NCBI GenBank assembly: GCA_026986575.1
Contig: JALSOH010000004.1
Location: forward strand, 224,001-288,000
Direction of reading: 5' to 3'
Origin: Thermoproteota archaeon
GTDB lineage: Archaea; Korarchaeota; Korarchaeia; Korarchaeales; Korarchaeaceae
Length of the DNA: 64,000 bases
The translations under genes and the position numbers were made by a program. The notes below the pieces were generated by a model. The model saw only the letters and a list, made by a program, of their open reading frames with translations, was not told the origin of the DNA and did no database searches. Every line of letters starts with the position of its first letter. The first letter of the stretch is position 1. Below, piece by piece: positions 49,558-58,864 of this stretch.

Positions 49558-49945
49558 CTATTTCATCAGTCTAGCCTTCCTTGTACTTGAACCCATCCTC
49601 AGGTAGACGTCATTCCCAAATACGTAGATCTTATTCTTCTCAGGTGTGACTTTTATCACGAATACTCTCTTATCATCGAGAAATACCCACTCATACTCCA
49701 GACGGGGTTTAGGCTGGAGTGAGTTAAGGAAGTTAGTTAGCTTCTCCACACTATCATCTGGGCCCCCCAACTTCTCCTGAATCGTTAACACCAACAAGTA
49801 CAATCCCTCCTTCCCTATTTGCAAGAGCACAGATAGCCTGCATCAGCTTTTTATTCACCCTCTCCTTGAATTCTAATCGAGGGCCTTCTCCCCTCTTTAG
49901 AAGAGCTACTAACTCCTCCTTCTCTACATACGTACCATGATACAA
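49558..49945 (-). pseudogene. Schlafen/AlbA_2 domain protein, frameshifted in a G6 run
   Basis: GEGPRLEFKE, ICALANREGGIVLVGVNDSG, continuing in another frame as ...QPKP...VIKV...YLRMGSSTR. Confidence 0.8.
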
Positions 49946-50129
49946 AACATAAACATATATAAATGCAGACGAAAAGTATGCGAATGTTTGAAATAGATTT
50001 GGGAACTTTCCACATGATTTTATATAATATAAGCAGTATAATAGACATAACTTCTAATTATCCCACGATCATATTACATTATCTTACCTACGTTTAATTT
50101 GTCTTCCTACCCAAAGAGAATAGGAATAT

Positions 50130-50560
50130 CTGAGAGAGTTAGGTTTCTCTGTATCATTTACAGCTACCTACGCATCGCTGCACGAGCTGGGCCATTACCT
50201 CGCTAGGATAATATCGAAGTTGAGTCCAAGCGACATGGCCTTGATGAGGATGTTTATCCAAGGGCCTGTCAAGCCGTCCGATGTACCCATAATCCTCTCG
50301 ACGGGAACTATCTTCTCTCTCGCAGTCGTCCTGATCTTCCTCATAGTCGCCAAGGCTTCGGGTAAGACCTTCCTAGTCTACGCCGGTTTCGCTGCTAACG
50401 CGGCCTTCAACCTCCTGACGCCTGTGGGCGACGCTCTGTGGCCGATCCTCGACTTGGACACGTCTGCCCTCCTGTTCTACCTCAGGCATGCCCTCCTGTT
50501 CCTCCTGATCCTGTCACTCATCAACGATATGAAGCTCTTCACAACGGATCGCGCGCGGGA
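50130..50560 (+). pseudogene. M50-like membrane metalloprotease fragment
   Basis: In frame upstream of the track's TTG: ASLHELGHYLA (HExxH); then AGFAAN and hydrophobic helices. Confidence 0.45.
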
Positions 50561-51430
50561 ACTCGCTTCTTTCCGCGTTGTCGGGGAGGAAGAGAACATG
50601 AAGCTCGCTCTGGCTTCAATCTTCACGAAAGATTTGGAGAAGGGACACTAGGTCAACGTGATAGCTCTGGGGCCCTCAGGAAGCGGAAAAACGACGATAA
50701 TAAAGGGCGCCCTCTCCGTTTTACCTCAAAATCACTACAAGGAGATAGTCCGCGCAACTGACGCGGCGTTCGAGTATGCTGCAGAGGAGCTGAAGCACAA
50801 GGTCATAGCGTTCATACAGATGCCAGCTGGACAGTCGAAGAGCGACACGATACATGTCCTAACGAGCGAGGGAGAGCTGAGGATACTCATAACGGTGAAG
50901 GACGAGGAGACGGGCACTAGGAGAACGGTGGAGAGGAAAGCGAAGGGCCCCGTCGTCTTGCTGGGGGCGATAGTGGACGAGAAACTTGTCAGGATCGACG
51001 AGCAGATGAAAACGAGGACCCTCTTCATCTCCCTCAACCCCTCTGGGTCCCAGACGATCGAGATAATCAGGAACAAGAAGTTACAGTGATGCATGTTCTA
51101 CCTCAACTCGATCTACGAGGATCAGCTCAGGGAGTTCAGGGAGTGTTATGAGTCTTTTTCCGCCGGCGCAATAAGGTAGGTCTATAATCTCCTCTTCCCG
51201 CTCATCGGAATAAACCCCGGGCTGGGGAGAGGGTGAGGAGGGACGTAGCCAAGGTCGAGAGCATCATAGATGTGCTCGCTTACCTGAGGCAGGGTAGGAG
51301 GTACATACTCAGGCTGAAGAAGAGGATAAGCGACAACGGTAAGGAGGAGAGGGTCTGGATGTCATCCCGCCTTCTGTGCAAGACCTGATGGATGCTGTAG
51401 ATATCGTCAAGTCAACACTTGAGAAAATAA
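50560..51430 (+). pseudogene. MCM-like AAA+ ATPase/helicase of mobile elements, in-frame stop and frameshifts
   Basis: VVGEEENMKL..[TAG 50649]..NVIALGPSGSGKT, SEGEL, KGPV, QMKTR; later RVRRDVAKVESIIDVLAYLRQ. Confidence 0.65.
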
Positions 51431-52168
51431 TTTTTTAGAATATTCTCCATACTTAAAGAAAATTCTGGAAGCGCGCGAATTATTAAGAATATTAGGCACT
51501 ATATTCACAGTTTTCAACTCGGTGAATTCATGAAAAAGAGTAGAAACACTATCCTTCGAAAAAGAAGGTCGAGGAAGAGGAAGAAAAGGGCCATTTTAGA
51601 ACAGATTAAGAGGGAAAAGATGAAAGAGGTGATCGTATGAGCGAGAATAACGAACTAATGCGTTTAGTTTAAGAGAGTGTGGTAGGGGTAAAAGAAATCC
51701 CGGTAAAATCTCGAAAGACCTTCTTAATGCTGATTTTGTCTCTCTTGTCTCGCTAAGGGAGGAGAAAGTTGTTCTCCTCGATGAAAGGGACAAAAACGAA
51801 CTCACCAAATCTCTAGGATTAAAAATGAGCTATAATTCGCTTGAAATGAAGAAGAAAGAAGGGAATGGCACTAATTTCGAAGAGAAAAGTGTCTTTGTGA
51901 TCGGAGACCTTCATGTCGGCAACAAGCTTTTTGATCATCCTGCTTTATTCTCTGCTCACTCAAATTCAAGAGAGTGAGGAAAAGATAGATGAAATCGCAC
52001 TCGGTTTATCTTGCGAGAATGAAGCAGAAGAAGGCACGTATTTATATAACGGAGAATGTTGCTCTAATAGTGGCCTACTTGCCTCCCCCTCCCCCCCACT
52101 TCTCCTTTCTAAAAAGGAAGTTGTTGGATCTAAACGCAACTAAGTTGGCAGAATAACTAGTGATTTTT

Positions 52169-52660
52169 TTACATATTCTTTCCCGACTTTGTATTAACTT
52201 TCACAAGTTCATTTATAATTTGATTTATTTGACTGGTTTTATGTCTGTTAATCCTGAAGGATGCTAAAAAGATCATAGCAAACGCCAAAATAGTGATGAA
52301 TATATCTAAATTATATTTTTCAGTAGCAAAAGAATATATAGCCAATAGTAGAAGAGAAATGAGCGAGGATGAGCAGATGGATCCTCCTATATGTCGGATG
52401 TATATAACCCGTTCCAATCCTACAACGACACTTTTCCCATATTTTCTTTCTATAAAGAAGATGGCCTTAAAGAATGCTCCATACCCCTCACCGAATTCAT
52501 GAGGAGGCTTAACTCCCACATCAGTTATCTTGAGAGCTGCAACAGTCTCGCTGGAGAGTATTCCTAAAAAGTAAGATACCATGATAACTTCTAGGAATGA
52601 ATATATGTCAGATGCGGAGATTTTATATATAGACCCAGTCACCTGAGTAGATATATCCAA
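52169..52660 (-). CDS. AT-rich membrane protein (possibly a fragment)
   Basis: Three hydrophobic segments; atypical codon usage. Confidence 0.4.
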   Translation of the reverse strand: MDISTQVTGSIYKISASDIYSFLEVIMVSYFLGILSSETVAALKITDVGVKPPHEFGEGYGAFFKAIFFIERKYGKSVVVGLERVIYIRHIGGSICSSSLISLLLLAIYSFATEKYNLDIFITILAFAMIFLASFRINRHKTSQINQIINELVKVNTKSGKNM

Positions 52661-52918
52661 TTACAGATAAGATATTGAAACCTCCCATTATATATGTTAG
52701 ATCTCTCATAATGAAGGAAGTGTACAACCTATCTCCCAACAAATCTCCACTGCTGACCAAAGGATCACACCCGAATTGATCCCTCACTATCTACTAATAA
52801 CTTCAGCCTTACTTAGTTGAAATGGTTGAGCGTCGTTGAGGATTATTCCTAAGATATTTGTTAAATGTGCGATCTTCTCAATGTTTAATATAACTGCGAG
52901 AGTTATCCTGTCGGACAG

Positions 52919-53833
52919 GTGGTTTCCCTGAGCGGTCTTGAGGGTAGTATTGTCCCGTATAGCTTTCTAGGGATTCAGGAGAGCTACGAGGATTCGAGTT
53001 ACGTTATAGTAGGTGTCCCTTATGATGCAACTTCCTCTTGGATGCCTGGCTCCAGAGCGGGACCTCTAGCCATAATCGAGGCGTCTCGCTACATGGATCC
53101 CTACGATATGGATCTAGGATGTATACCTGCTGAAGCTGGCCTGCATACCATCACTGAACTCTCAGTGCTTGAATCTACCCCAGAGTCTATGGTGAATACG
53201 GTGAGAGAGGCAGTAGACAAGATAGTAAGCGATGGGAGGGTCCCCATTTTACTGGGAGGAGAGCATACCTTGAGCTTAGGAGGCGTGCAGGGGGTCAAGG
53301 ATGAAGCTGATGTTTACGTGACCCTAGACGCCCATGCAGACTTTTATGATGACTATGAGGGGCGAAGAATATCTCACGCGACAGTCTCCAAGAGAATCAG
53401 CGAGCTAGTGAGGGAGGTAATTATTTACGGGGTGAGGACCTTAGGATGGGAGGAGAAAGAGGAACTAGACTCCTCAGACAATGTTACTCTGATTCCTCTA
53501 CTCTCTCACGGGGGTGAAGGCGTAGACACTTTCCTTAGGAAGATAGAAGGGAAAAAGGTGTACCTGAGCGTGGATGTGGATGTGCTAGACCCATCTGTGC
53601 TTCCGTGCTTGGGAACACCGGAGCCTGGGGGAATGAGCTACAGAGAAGTAATAACGGTTCTCAAGGAGGTCTTCAGGAGGGCGAGCGTCATGGCGATGGA
53701 CTTCGTGGAATTCTCCCCGTGCCCGGGCATGAGGTCCGATGCTTACACCGTGGCTAGGCTAGTCTACAAGTCCATAGGGTATCACATCCTTTACTCTGGG
53801 AAGCAAGACCTCAGATGCGGCGCCGATGAGTAG
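52919..53833 (+). CDS. speB: Agmatinase (ureohydrolase family)
   Basis: GVPYDAT, GGEHT, DAHAD, SHAT, DVDVLDPS, GTPEPGG. Confidence 0.93.
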   Translation: MVSLSGLEGSIVPYSFLGIQESYEDSSYVIVGVPYDATSSWMPGSRAGPLAIIEASRYMDPYDMDLGCIPAEAGLHTITELSVLESTPESMVNTVREAVDKIVSDGRVPILLGGEHTLSLGGVQGVKDEADVYVTLDAHADFYDDYEGRRISHATVSKRISELVREVIIYGVRTLGWEEKEELDSSDNVTLIPLLSHGGEGVDTFLRKIEGKKVYLSVDVDVLDPSVLPCLGTPEPGGMSYREVITVLKEVFRRASVMAMDFVEFSPCPGMRSDAYTVARLVYKSIGYHILYSGKQDLRCGADE

Positions 53834-54316
53834 TATCTCTATCCACGCCTTTATCAGTATCCCATAAATCACCGCGTCATCGATCCATCCAGATGCTTGG
53901 GGAGCTATCACCGGAATCCATAACTCGAAGCTAGCCCATGTGAAGATGGACTCTGGGATATATCCCACCAGTAGAGCTAGGAGTGGGTGACTCGTTTTTT
54001 TGGCTAGCAGTCCGGTGAATAGACCGGTTAAGGCCTTCCCTGGGAATATCAGGGATCCCGCTAGAGGTCCCAGCCAACCTAGCAGTCCGAATCTGACGAA
54101 GGGCACTAGAGAGATTATCGCTCCCACTAGGGCGGCGTCAACTGGGCCTAGCATGTAGGCAGAGAATACGGTAGCGATATGCGATAGATCCACCGCTATC
54201 TGGGGGTGTAAATTACCTAAAACCATCGAAAGTAGAGCAAGCACGTTACCTAGGGCCCCGAACATCGCTACAGCGGCAACTCTCTTGCTCTCGTCACGGA
54301 CCACCAAGGTAGCCAC
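53759..54316 (-). CDS. ECF transporter S-component-like membrane protein
   Basis: AMFGAL, DLSHIA...LGP motif, about five TM helices. Confidence 0.65.
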   Translation of the reverse strand: MATLVVRDESKRVAAVAMFGALGNVLALLSMVLGNLHPQIAVDLSHIATVFSAYMLGPVDAALVGAIISLVPFVRFGLLGWLGPLAGSLIFPGKALTGLFTGLLAKKTSHPLLALLVGYIPESIFTWASFELWIPVIAPQASGWIDDAVIYGILIKAWIEILLIGAASEVLLPRVKDVIPYGLVD

Positions 54317-54361
54317 CAGTGCGGCTATGTTTTCAAAAATAAAAATATTTCTAAAATGAAA

Positions 54362-55468
54362 TTACTCAGCTATCTCTAACTCCGGGGCCCGGACTATCGC
54401 TCTAACGAGTTCTCGGAGTCCTTCCCCACTCTTAGCCGATACTGGGATTATGGGAACCCCATCACCTAGCATTTCCCTAATGACTTCCTCTCTCGCATCG
54501 TACTCGTAGTCCTCTAGCCTGTCCACCTTGTTAGCGGCTATCACCAAAGACTCCCTTCCTTTACCTAGTTCGGATAGGATCTTCAGACTCTCAGCGAGCT
54601 TGACCCTCATGAGGTCCAGCTTGTCGGATACGTCCACCACCAGCACCTGCCTGTGGGAATGAGTTATGTCCAAGAGGTTCAACTGGAAAGAAGCTATCAG
54701 TCGCGGGTCCAGATCTAGAACGAACCCGATGGTGTCCACTAAATAGGTATTCTCTCCCTCTATTCCCCCATATTTGGACGAAAGGGTGGTGAATGGCATG
54801 TCACTGACGGGCTTCTCGAACCCCGTCAAAGCATTGAATAAACTCGTCTTCCCCGCGTTGTAGTAGCCGGTCAATACCGCGATCCTCGCCCCTCCCTCGA
54901 TCCTCTTCATTATTTCGAGCTCCTTCTGCCTGCTGAGCTTGTCTATCTTCCTCCTCAAGATCTTCATCCTCTTCTGTATGGCCCTGATCTGCTTGTGATA
55001 GGCGTACTCACCTCCTCCCCTGAAACCAGCCCTCATCTTCTTGTACTTTATCGATGCCGACAGCTTTACGTAGGGGAACGCCTTCTCTAAGGTGGCCAGC
55101 TCTATCTGGAGCTTCGATAGTATGTCGCTGGCGGCCTCTCTGAATATCATCAGGGTGACATCGTACCTGTCTATGACCTCAACACCTAGTTTCCTCTCCA
55201 GATTCCACTTCTGCTTGCTGGTTAGGGTGTTATAGACGACAAATACGTCAGGATTTATCCTCTTGATCCTTTCACGAATCTCCTCGACCTTACCCTTCCC
55301 GAATACATAGTCCACGGTCTCCTTGGGCCTCACCTGAATTATTCTCTCCACTATCCTGTAACCGAGAGCCCTGAGTAGGGACTCCAGCTCGCCCATCCTT
55401 ATCTTGTACATGTGGTGGTCGTGGACATTCGTCTTGACCATTCCCGTTACGGCCCTGTATCCGGCCAC
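54362..55468 (-). CDS. hflX: GTPase HflX
   Basis: ELESL, GKGKVEEI, KLQIELA, GGGE, GYYNAGKTS, FTTL, DTIGF, NKVD. Confidence 0.92.
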   Translation of the reverse strand: MAGYRAVTGMVKTNVHDHHMYKIRMGELESLLRALGYRIVERIIQVRPKETVDYVFGKGKVEEIRERIKRINPDVFVVYNTLTSKQKWNLERKLGVEVIDRYDVTLMIFREAASDILSKLQIELATLEKAFPYVKLSASIKYKKMRAGFRGGGEYAYHKQIRAIQKRMKILRRKIDKLSRQKELEIMKRIEGGARIAVLTGYYNAGKTSLFNALTGFEKPVSDMPFTTLSSKYGGIEGENTYLVDTIGFVLDLDPRLIASFQLNLLDITHSHRQVLVVDVSDKLDLMRVKLAESLKILSELGKGRESLVIAANKVDRLEDYEYDAREEVIREMLGDGVPIIPVSAKSGEGLRELVRAIVRAPELEIAE

Positions 55469-55530
55469 CTACTCTTTCCTCCCTCTCTGTGCATCTGGGT
55501 ATCGAGTAAATAAACTGTTCGCTCTCGAGG

Positions 55531-56856
55531 CTACAGGTAAGGATTACAGGGTCTCTCCGTAAGTTCCTTCGGACCCTTAACAGTGGCATCTATTATCATT
55601 TTGCCTTGAGGGAGTTTGATAAGTCTCTTTTCACCATTCAATTCTATCTCCCTCAGGTTACTGTGATCTAGGGAGGACCCCTTAATCCCGGAGATCACCT
55701 TGAAATCGTCGGGTATATGTGCCCTCTGCAGTATGGCCCTCATGACCTCAACGTAGTCCGACACGTCCACATCATCGTCGACCACAATGACCCTCTTCAG
55801 GCTTTTATGGGCGGATATGGCCATCAACCCCACTAAAGCGGGTTGATCAGGTGAACTCTTCCTTATGGAGATCGCAGCCTCGATCCAGCCAGCCCCGCCG
55901 GGGGTCATTGCCACATCCACCACGTCTGCTACCTCGGAGACCCTGTCCTCGATGAGTGGTTCAACAGGAAGGCCCATCAGGAGCTGATGCTCGCTCCCAG
56001 CTGGAAGTATCGCCTGGTAGAATCCGTCGGGCCTCGCATAGATTTCCTCCACTTCAAAGACCGGTTGTTGTCTAACGATGTCCTTTCCCAATATCTCATA
56101 GAAGGGGCCTTCGGGGGCCATCTCCCTGGCCAGAATCTTTCCACAGATGACTATCTCCGATCTGGAGGGGGCCCACGCTTCAACTTCTTCGCACGGGGAA
56201 ATGCTTACGGACTCTCCAGCTATCCCTCCCGCCAGTGCTATCTTATCCATGTTCTCCGCCGGCACCGCCGAGGCTATCATCACCTCGAGGGGGCTCCCAA
56301 CGGAGATCGCCGCCGGCAAGTCCTCACCTCTCTCCGAAAACCTCTCTATGGTTCTACTGAGTTTTCTGCCCTCAACAGCTCTCAGAACGAGCTTTTTATC
56401 TCCGATAGGCATCATCCTGTGGTAAGATGATGAGAAGACGCCATCCTCGCCCTTGAATACGACAATAGAGGCCGTCATATAAGGACCGGGTTCACCTGTA
56501 TAGTGCTTCAGTATGGGAAGCTCTGATAGGGTTATACCTGCTCTAACCCATTCAGGATCCCCTTCTACTGGTGAGATGGGATTCTTGAGGGCCCTCCTTA
56601 TCCTACTTCTCATCTTCCTCATATCAGAGATGCTGAAGGAAGTAAGGAGGGTCTCCCTCGATGTCGCCACGCCACCCACTACCCGGAAAGCGCTCCTCCT
56701 TCCATCAACTAACAGGGGCTTTTCGAAGAGAACCGCCTTCTTGCCATCCCATTTCTTAAGGTGAGCCGCCATCTCATACTCTACGGAAGTTTCCTTGTCG
56801 ATTACGTGCAGAAGATCTCTTTCCTCCAGTCTTTTTAAGGCAAGCCTGAGATCCAT
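55531..56856 (-). CDS. UbiD family prFMN-dependent decarboxylase (possibly anhydromevalonate phosphate decarboxylase)
   Basis: LPILKHY, SYHRM, EGPFYE, EHQLLMGLP, HKSLKRVIVVDDDVD, GSSLD, KMIIDAT. Confidence 0.85.
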   Translation of the reverse strand: MDLRLALKRLEERDLLHVIDKETSVEYEMAAHLKKWDGKKAVLFEKPLLVDGRRSAFRVVGGVATSRETLLTSFSISDMRKMRSRIRRALKNPISPVEGDPEWVRAGITLSELPILKHYTGEPGPYMTASIVVFKGEDGVFSSSYHRMMPIGDKKLVLRAVEGRKLSRTIERFSERGEDLPAAISVGSPLEVMIASAVPAENMDKIALAGGIAGESVSISPCEEVEAWAPSRSEIVICGKILAREMAPEGPFYEILGKDIVRQQPVFEVEEIYARPDGFYQAILPAGSEHQLLMGLPVEPLIEDRVSEVADVVDVAMTPGGAGWIEAAISIRKSSPDQPALVGLMAISAHKSLKRVIVVDDDVDVSDYVEVMRAILQRAHIPDDFKVISGIKGSSLDHSNLREIELNGEKRLIKLPQGKMIIDATVKGPKELTERPCNPYL

Positions 56857-56927
56857 AAGCCTCCCCCTACCCGACCCTAACATCTTTTTATTCCCTACTC
56901 CGGATTCCCACCGAGGTGTCCTTCCCC

Positions 56928-58226
56928 ATGTGGAAATTCGGTGAAAGGACTCACTTCATAGGAGAGCTGCGAGACCTTCCCGAGGGAGAACGCGTTAGGA
57001 TAGCGGGTTGGGTGTACAGGAAGAGCGAGTTGGGAGGTGTGGTGTTCATACGACTTAGAGACTCCACAGGCGTTGTCCAAGTGGTGGTGAAAGAGGGAGA
57101 AGTTGGGCAAGACGATCTAGAGCGCGCCAGGAGTGCTGGCATCGAGGCATCCTTGGTTGTGGAGGGCATGGTGAAGAGGGATCCGAGGTCCCCTACAGGA
57201 GTCGAACTTATCGCCTCCAGCATCAAGATAGTTGGTTCCTCTCACGACTTCCCGATAAAACCCGACTCCGGCGAGGAATTCCTGCTGGATAACAGGCACC
57301 TCCATCTCAGAACCACCAAGATGAGGTACGCCCTATTGGTCAGGAGAGAGATCGTGAGGGCCGTGGAGGAGTGGTTCATAACCAACGGCTTCGTCAGGGT
57401 CGAGGGCCCGACCTTTGTGGGGGCGGCGGTCGAGGGAGGAGCCACGCTATTCGAGGTCCCTTACTTCAACAGGAAGGCATATCTAACCCAGAGCTCTCAA
57501 TTCTACCTAGAGGCCGCCATATTCGCGTTCGAGAATGTGTATACGGTGCAACCCAGCTTCAGAGCGGAGAAGTCTAGAACTAGGAGGCATCTGACCGAGT
57601 TCTGGCACGCCGAGGCGGAGATGGCTTGGGCCGATCTCAATGGCATGATGGACGTGGTCGAATCTCTTCTCAAATATGTTTCCCAGAAGGTGGTGGAGAG
57701 AGCTGGCCATGTGTTAGAAGCTCTAGGCAGAAGATTCGAGCCTCTGGAAGGAAACTTCCCTAGGATCACGTACGATGAGGCATTGGACATCGCCAAGAGA
57801 AAGGGCGCATCCATAGAGTGGGGGGAGGATTTCGGGACTGAGGTGGAGAGGGCCATCTCGCTCGAATTCGATCTACCTGTATTCGTGACCCACTATCCGA
57901 AGCAGGCCAAGGCTTTCTACCACAAACCAGATCCTGAAAGACCTGAAGTGGTCCTCTGCGCTGACCTATTGGCACCAGAGGGGATAGGTGAAATAGTGGG
58001 AGGAGGTCAGAGGATAGAATCCGAGGAAGAACTCCTTAGGAGGATAAGGGAGGAGGGACTGAATCCTTCGGACTACAAGTGGTATATAGATCTCAGGAAG
58101 TACGGTAGCGTACCCCACTCCGGCTTCGGCTTGGGAATAGAGAGGACGATAAGGTGGATAGCCGGCCTACCGCACATAAGGGATGCGATACCCTTCCCGA
58201 GGACTCCGACAAGGCTCTATCCCTGA
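56928..58226 (+). CDS. asnS: Asparagine--tRNA ligase
   Basis: AVEGGATLF, YLTQSSQFYLE, FRAEKSRTRRHLTEFWHAEAE, GEIVGGGQR, PHSGFGLGIER. Confidence 0.9.
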   Translation: MWKFGERTHFIGELRDLPEGERVRIAGWVYRKSELGGVVFIRLRDSTGVVQVVVKEGEVGQDDLERARSAGIEASLVVEGMVKRDPRSPTGVELIASSIKIVGSSHDFPIKPDSGEEFLLDNRHLHLRTTKMRYALLVRREIVRAVEEWFITNGFVRVEGPTFVGAAVEGGATLFEVPYFNRKAYLTQSSQFYLEAAIFAFENVYTVQPSFRAEKSRTRRHLTEFWHAEAEMAWADLNGMMDVVESLLKYVSQKVVERAGHVLEALGRRFEPLEGNFPRITYDEALDIAKRKGASIEWGEDFGTEVERAISLEFDLPVFVTHYPKQAKAFYHKPDPERPEVVLCADLLAPEGIGEIVGGGQRIESEEELLRRIREEGLNPSDYKWYIDLRKYGSVPHSGFGLGIERTIRWIAGLPHIRDAIPFPRTPTRLYP

Positions 58227-58864
58227 TCCCTCACATCCTCCAACTTCGCCTCTTTCACCCGCTTGAAGGGCGTGTTCAGGACCTCTTGGAGTTTCCTAGC
58301 CTTGGCCTCACCCACTACCCTTCTTAACCTGTGGAAATCGGCGCTAAAAACATCCCTTAGCGTTCCAAATTCATTCAACAACTTCTCGGCTGATTTAGGA
58401 CCTATGGAGGGAAAGCTCACGAGGATCGCATAGGCCTCCTCCCAAGACTTGGGCTTCCTCCTCCTCTTGACGGGTATTATTGAGGGTCTGTCCCCCTCGA
58501 CCTTCCTAGATAGGTAGGCTAGGAACCTAGCCGTGTCCTCGGGAGATATGACGTGGATTACTGAGATGCCCCTCAGGGCTAGGGAGGAGAGGGCCCCTAG
58601 GTAATGAGGGACGGCGTCTCGTTTGATGTGGAAGTGAGGCTCCTCTATGATTATTATGATTATCTCACAGTTAGTCCTCATTTGCTCGACCTGATCGAAC
58701 AGTCTACCGTCGTAGATGGACCTGATGAAATCGTTCAGCGATTTTCTTTCCACGCAGACGTTAGTGCCTATCAGATAGTCTGATACCTCTATCCTCCTCC
58801 TCTCAACGATCATCCCCTGCTTTCTAAGCAGTTTTTCTATTAGTTCTGGCTCCCTATCATCCAT
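58217..58864 (-). CDS. xpf: XPF/ERCC4 structure-specific endonuclease (short form, no helicase domain)
   Basis: DDRE, SDY, VERKSLND, DGRLFDQ, HhH2 (PSIGPKSA). Confidence 0.9.
   Translation of the reverse strand: MDDREPELIEKLLRKQGMIVERRRIEVSDYLIGTNVCVERKSLNDFIRSIYDGRLFDQVEQMRTNCEIIIIIIEEPHFHIKRDAVPHYLGALSSLALRGISVIHVISPEDTARFLAYLSRKVEGDRPSIIPVKRRRKPKSWEEAYAILVSFPSIGPKSAEKLLNEFGTLRDVFSADFHRLRRVVGEAKARKLQEVLNTPFKRVKEAKLEDVRDQG

Larger units (their letters stand above)
41830..52870. mobile_element. Decaying integrated element (integrative plasmid/ICE-like); boundaries approximate
   Basis: Starts with an integrase pseudogene; contains VirD4/HerA-like, MCM-like and AlbA_2 remnants and a ParB gene; fragmented ORFs and AT-richer stretches; flanked by core genes; no att repeat found. 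Confidence 0.75.

Noticed and set aside
50649-50651. In-frame TAG as possible pyrrolysine or readthrough
   Set aside because: The same gene has further frameshifts and no pyl genes are in the window; decay is the simpler explanation.
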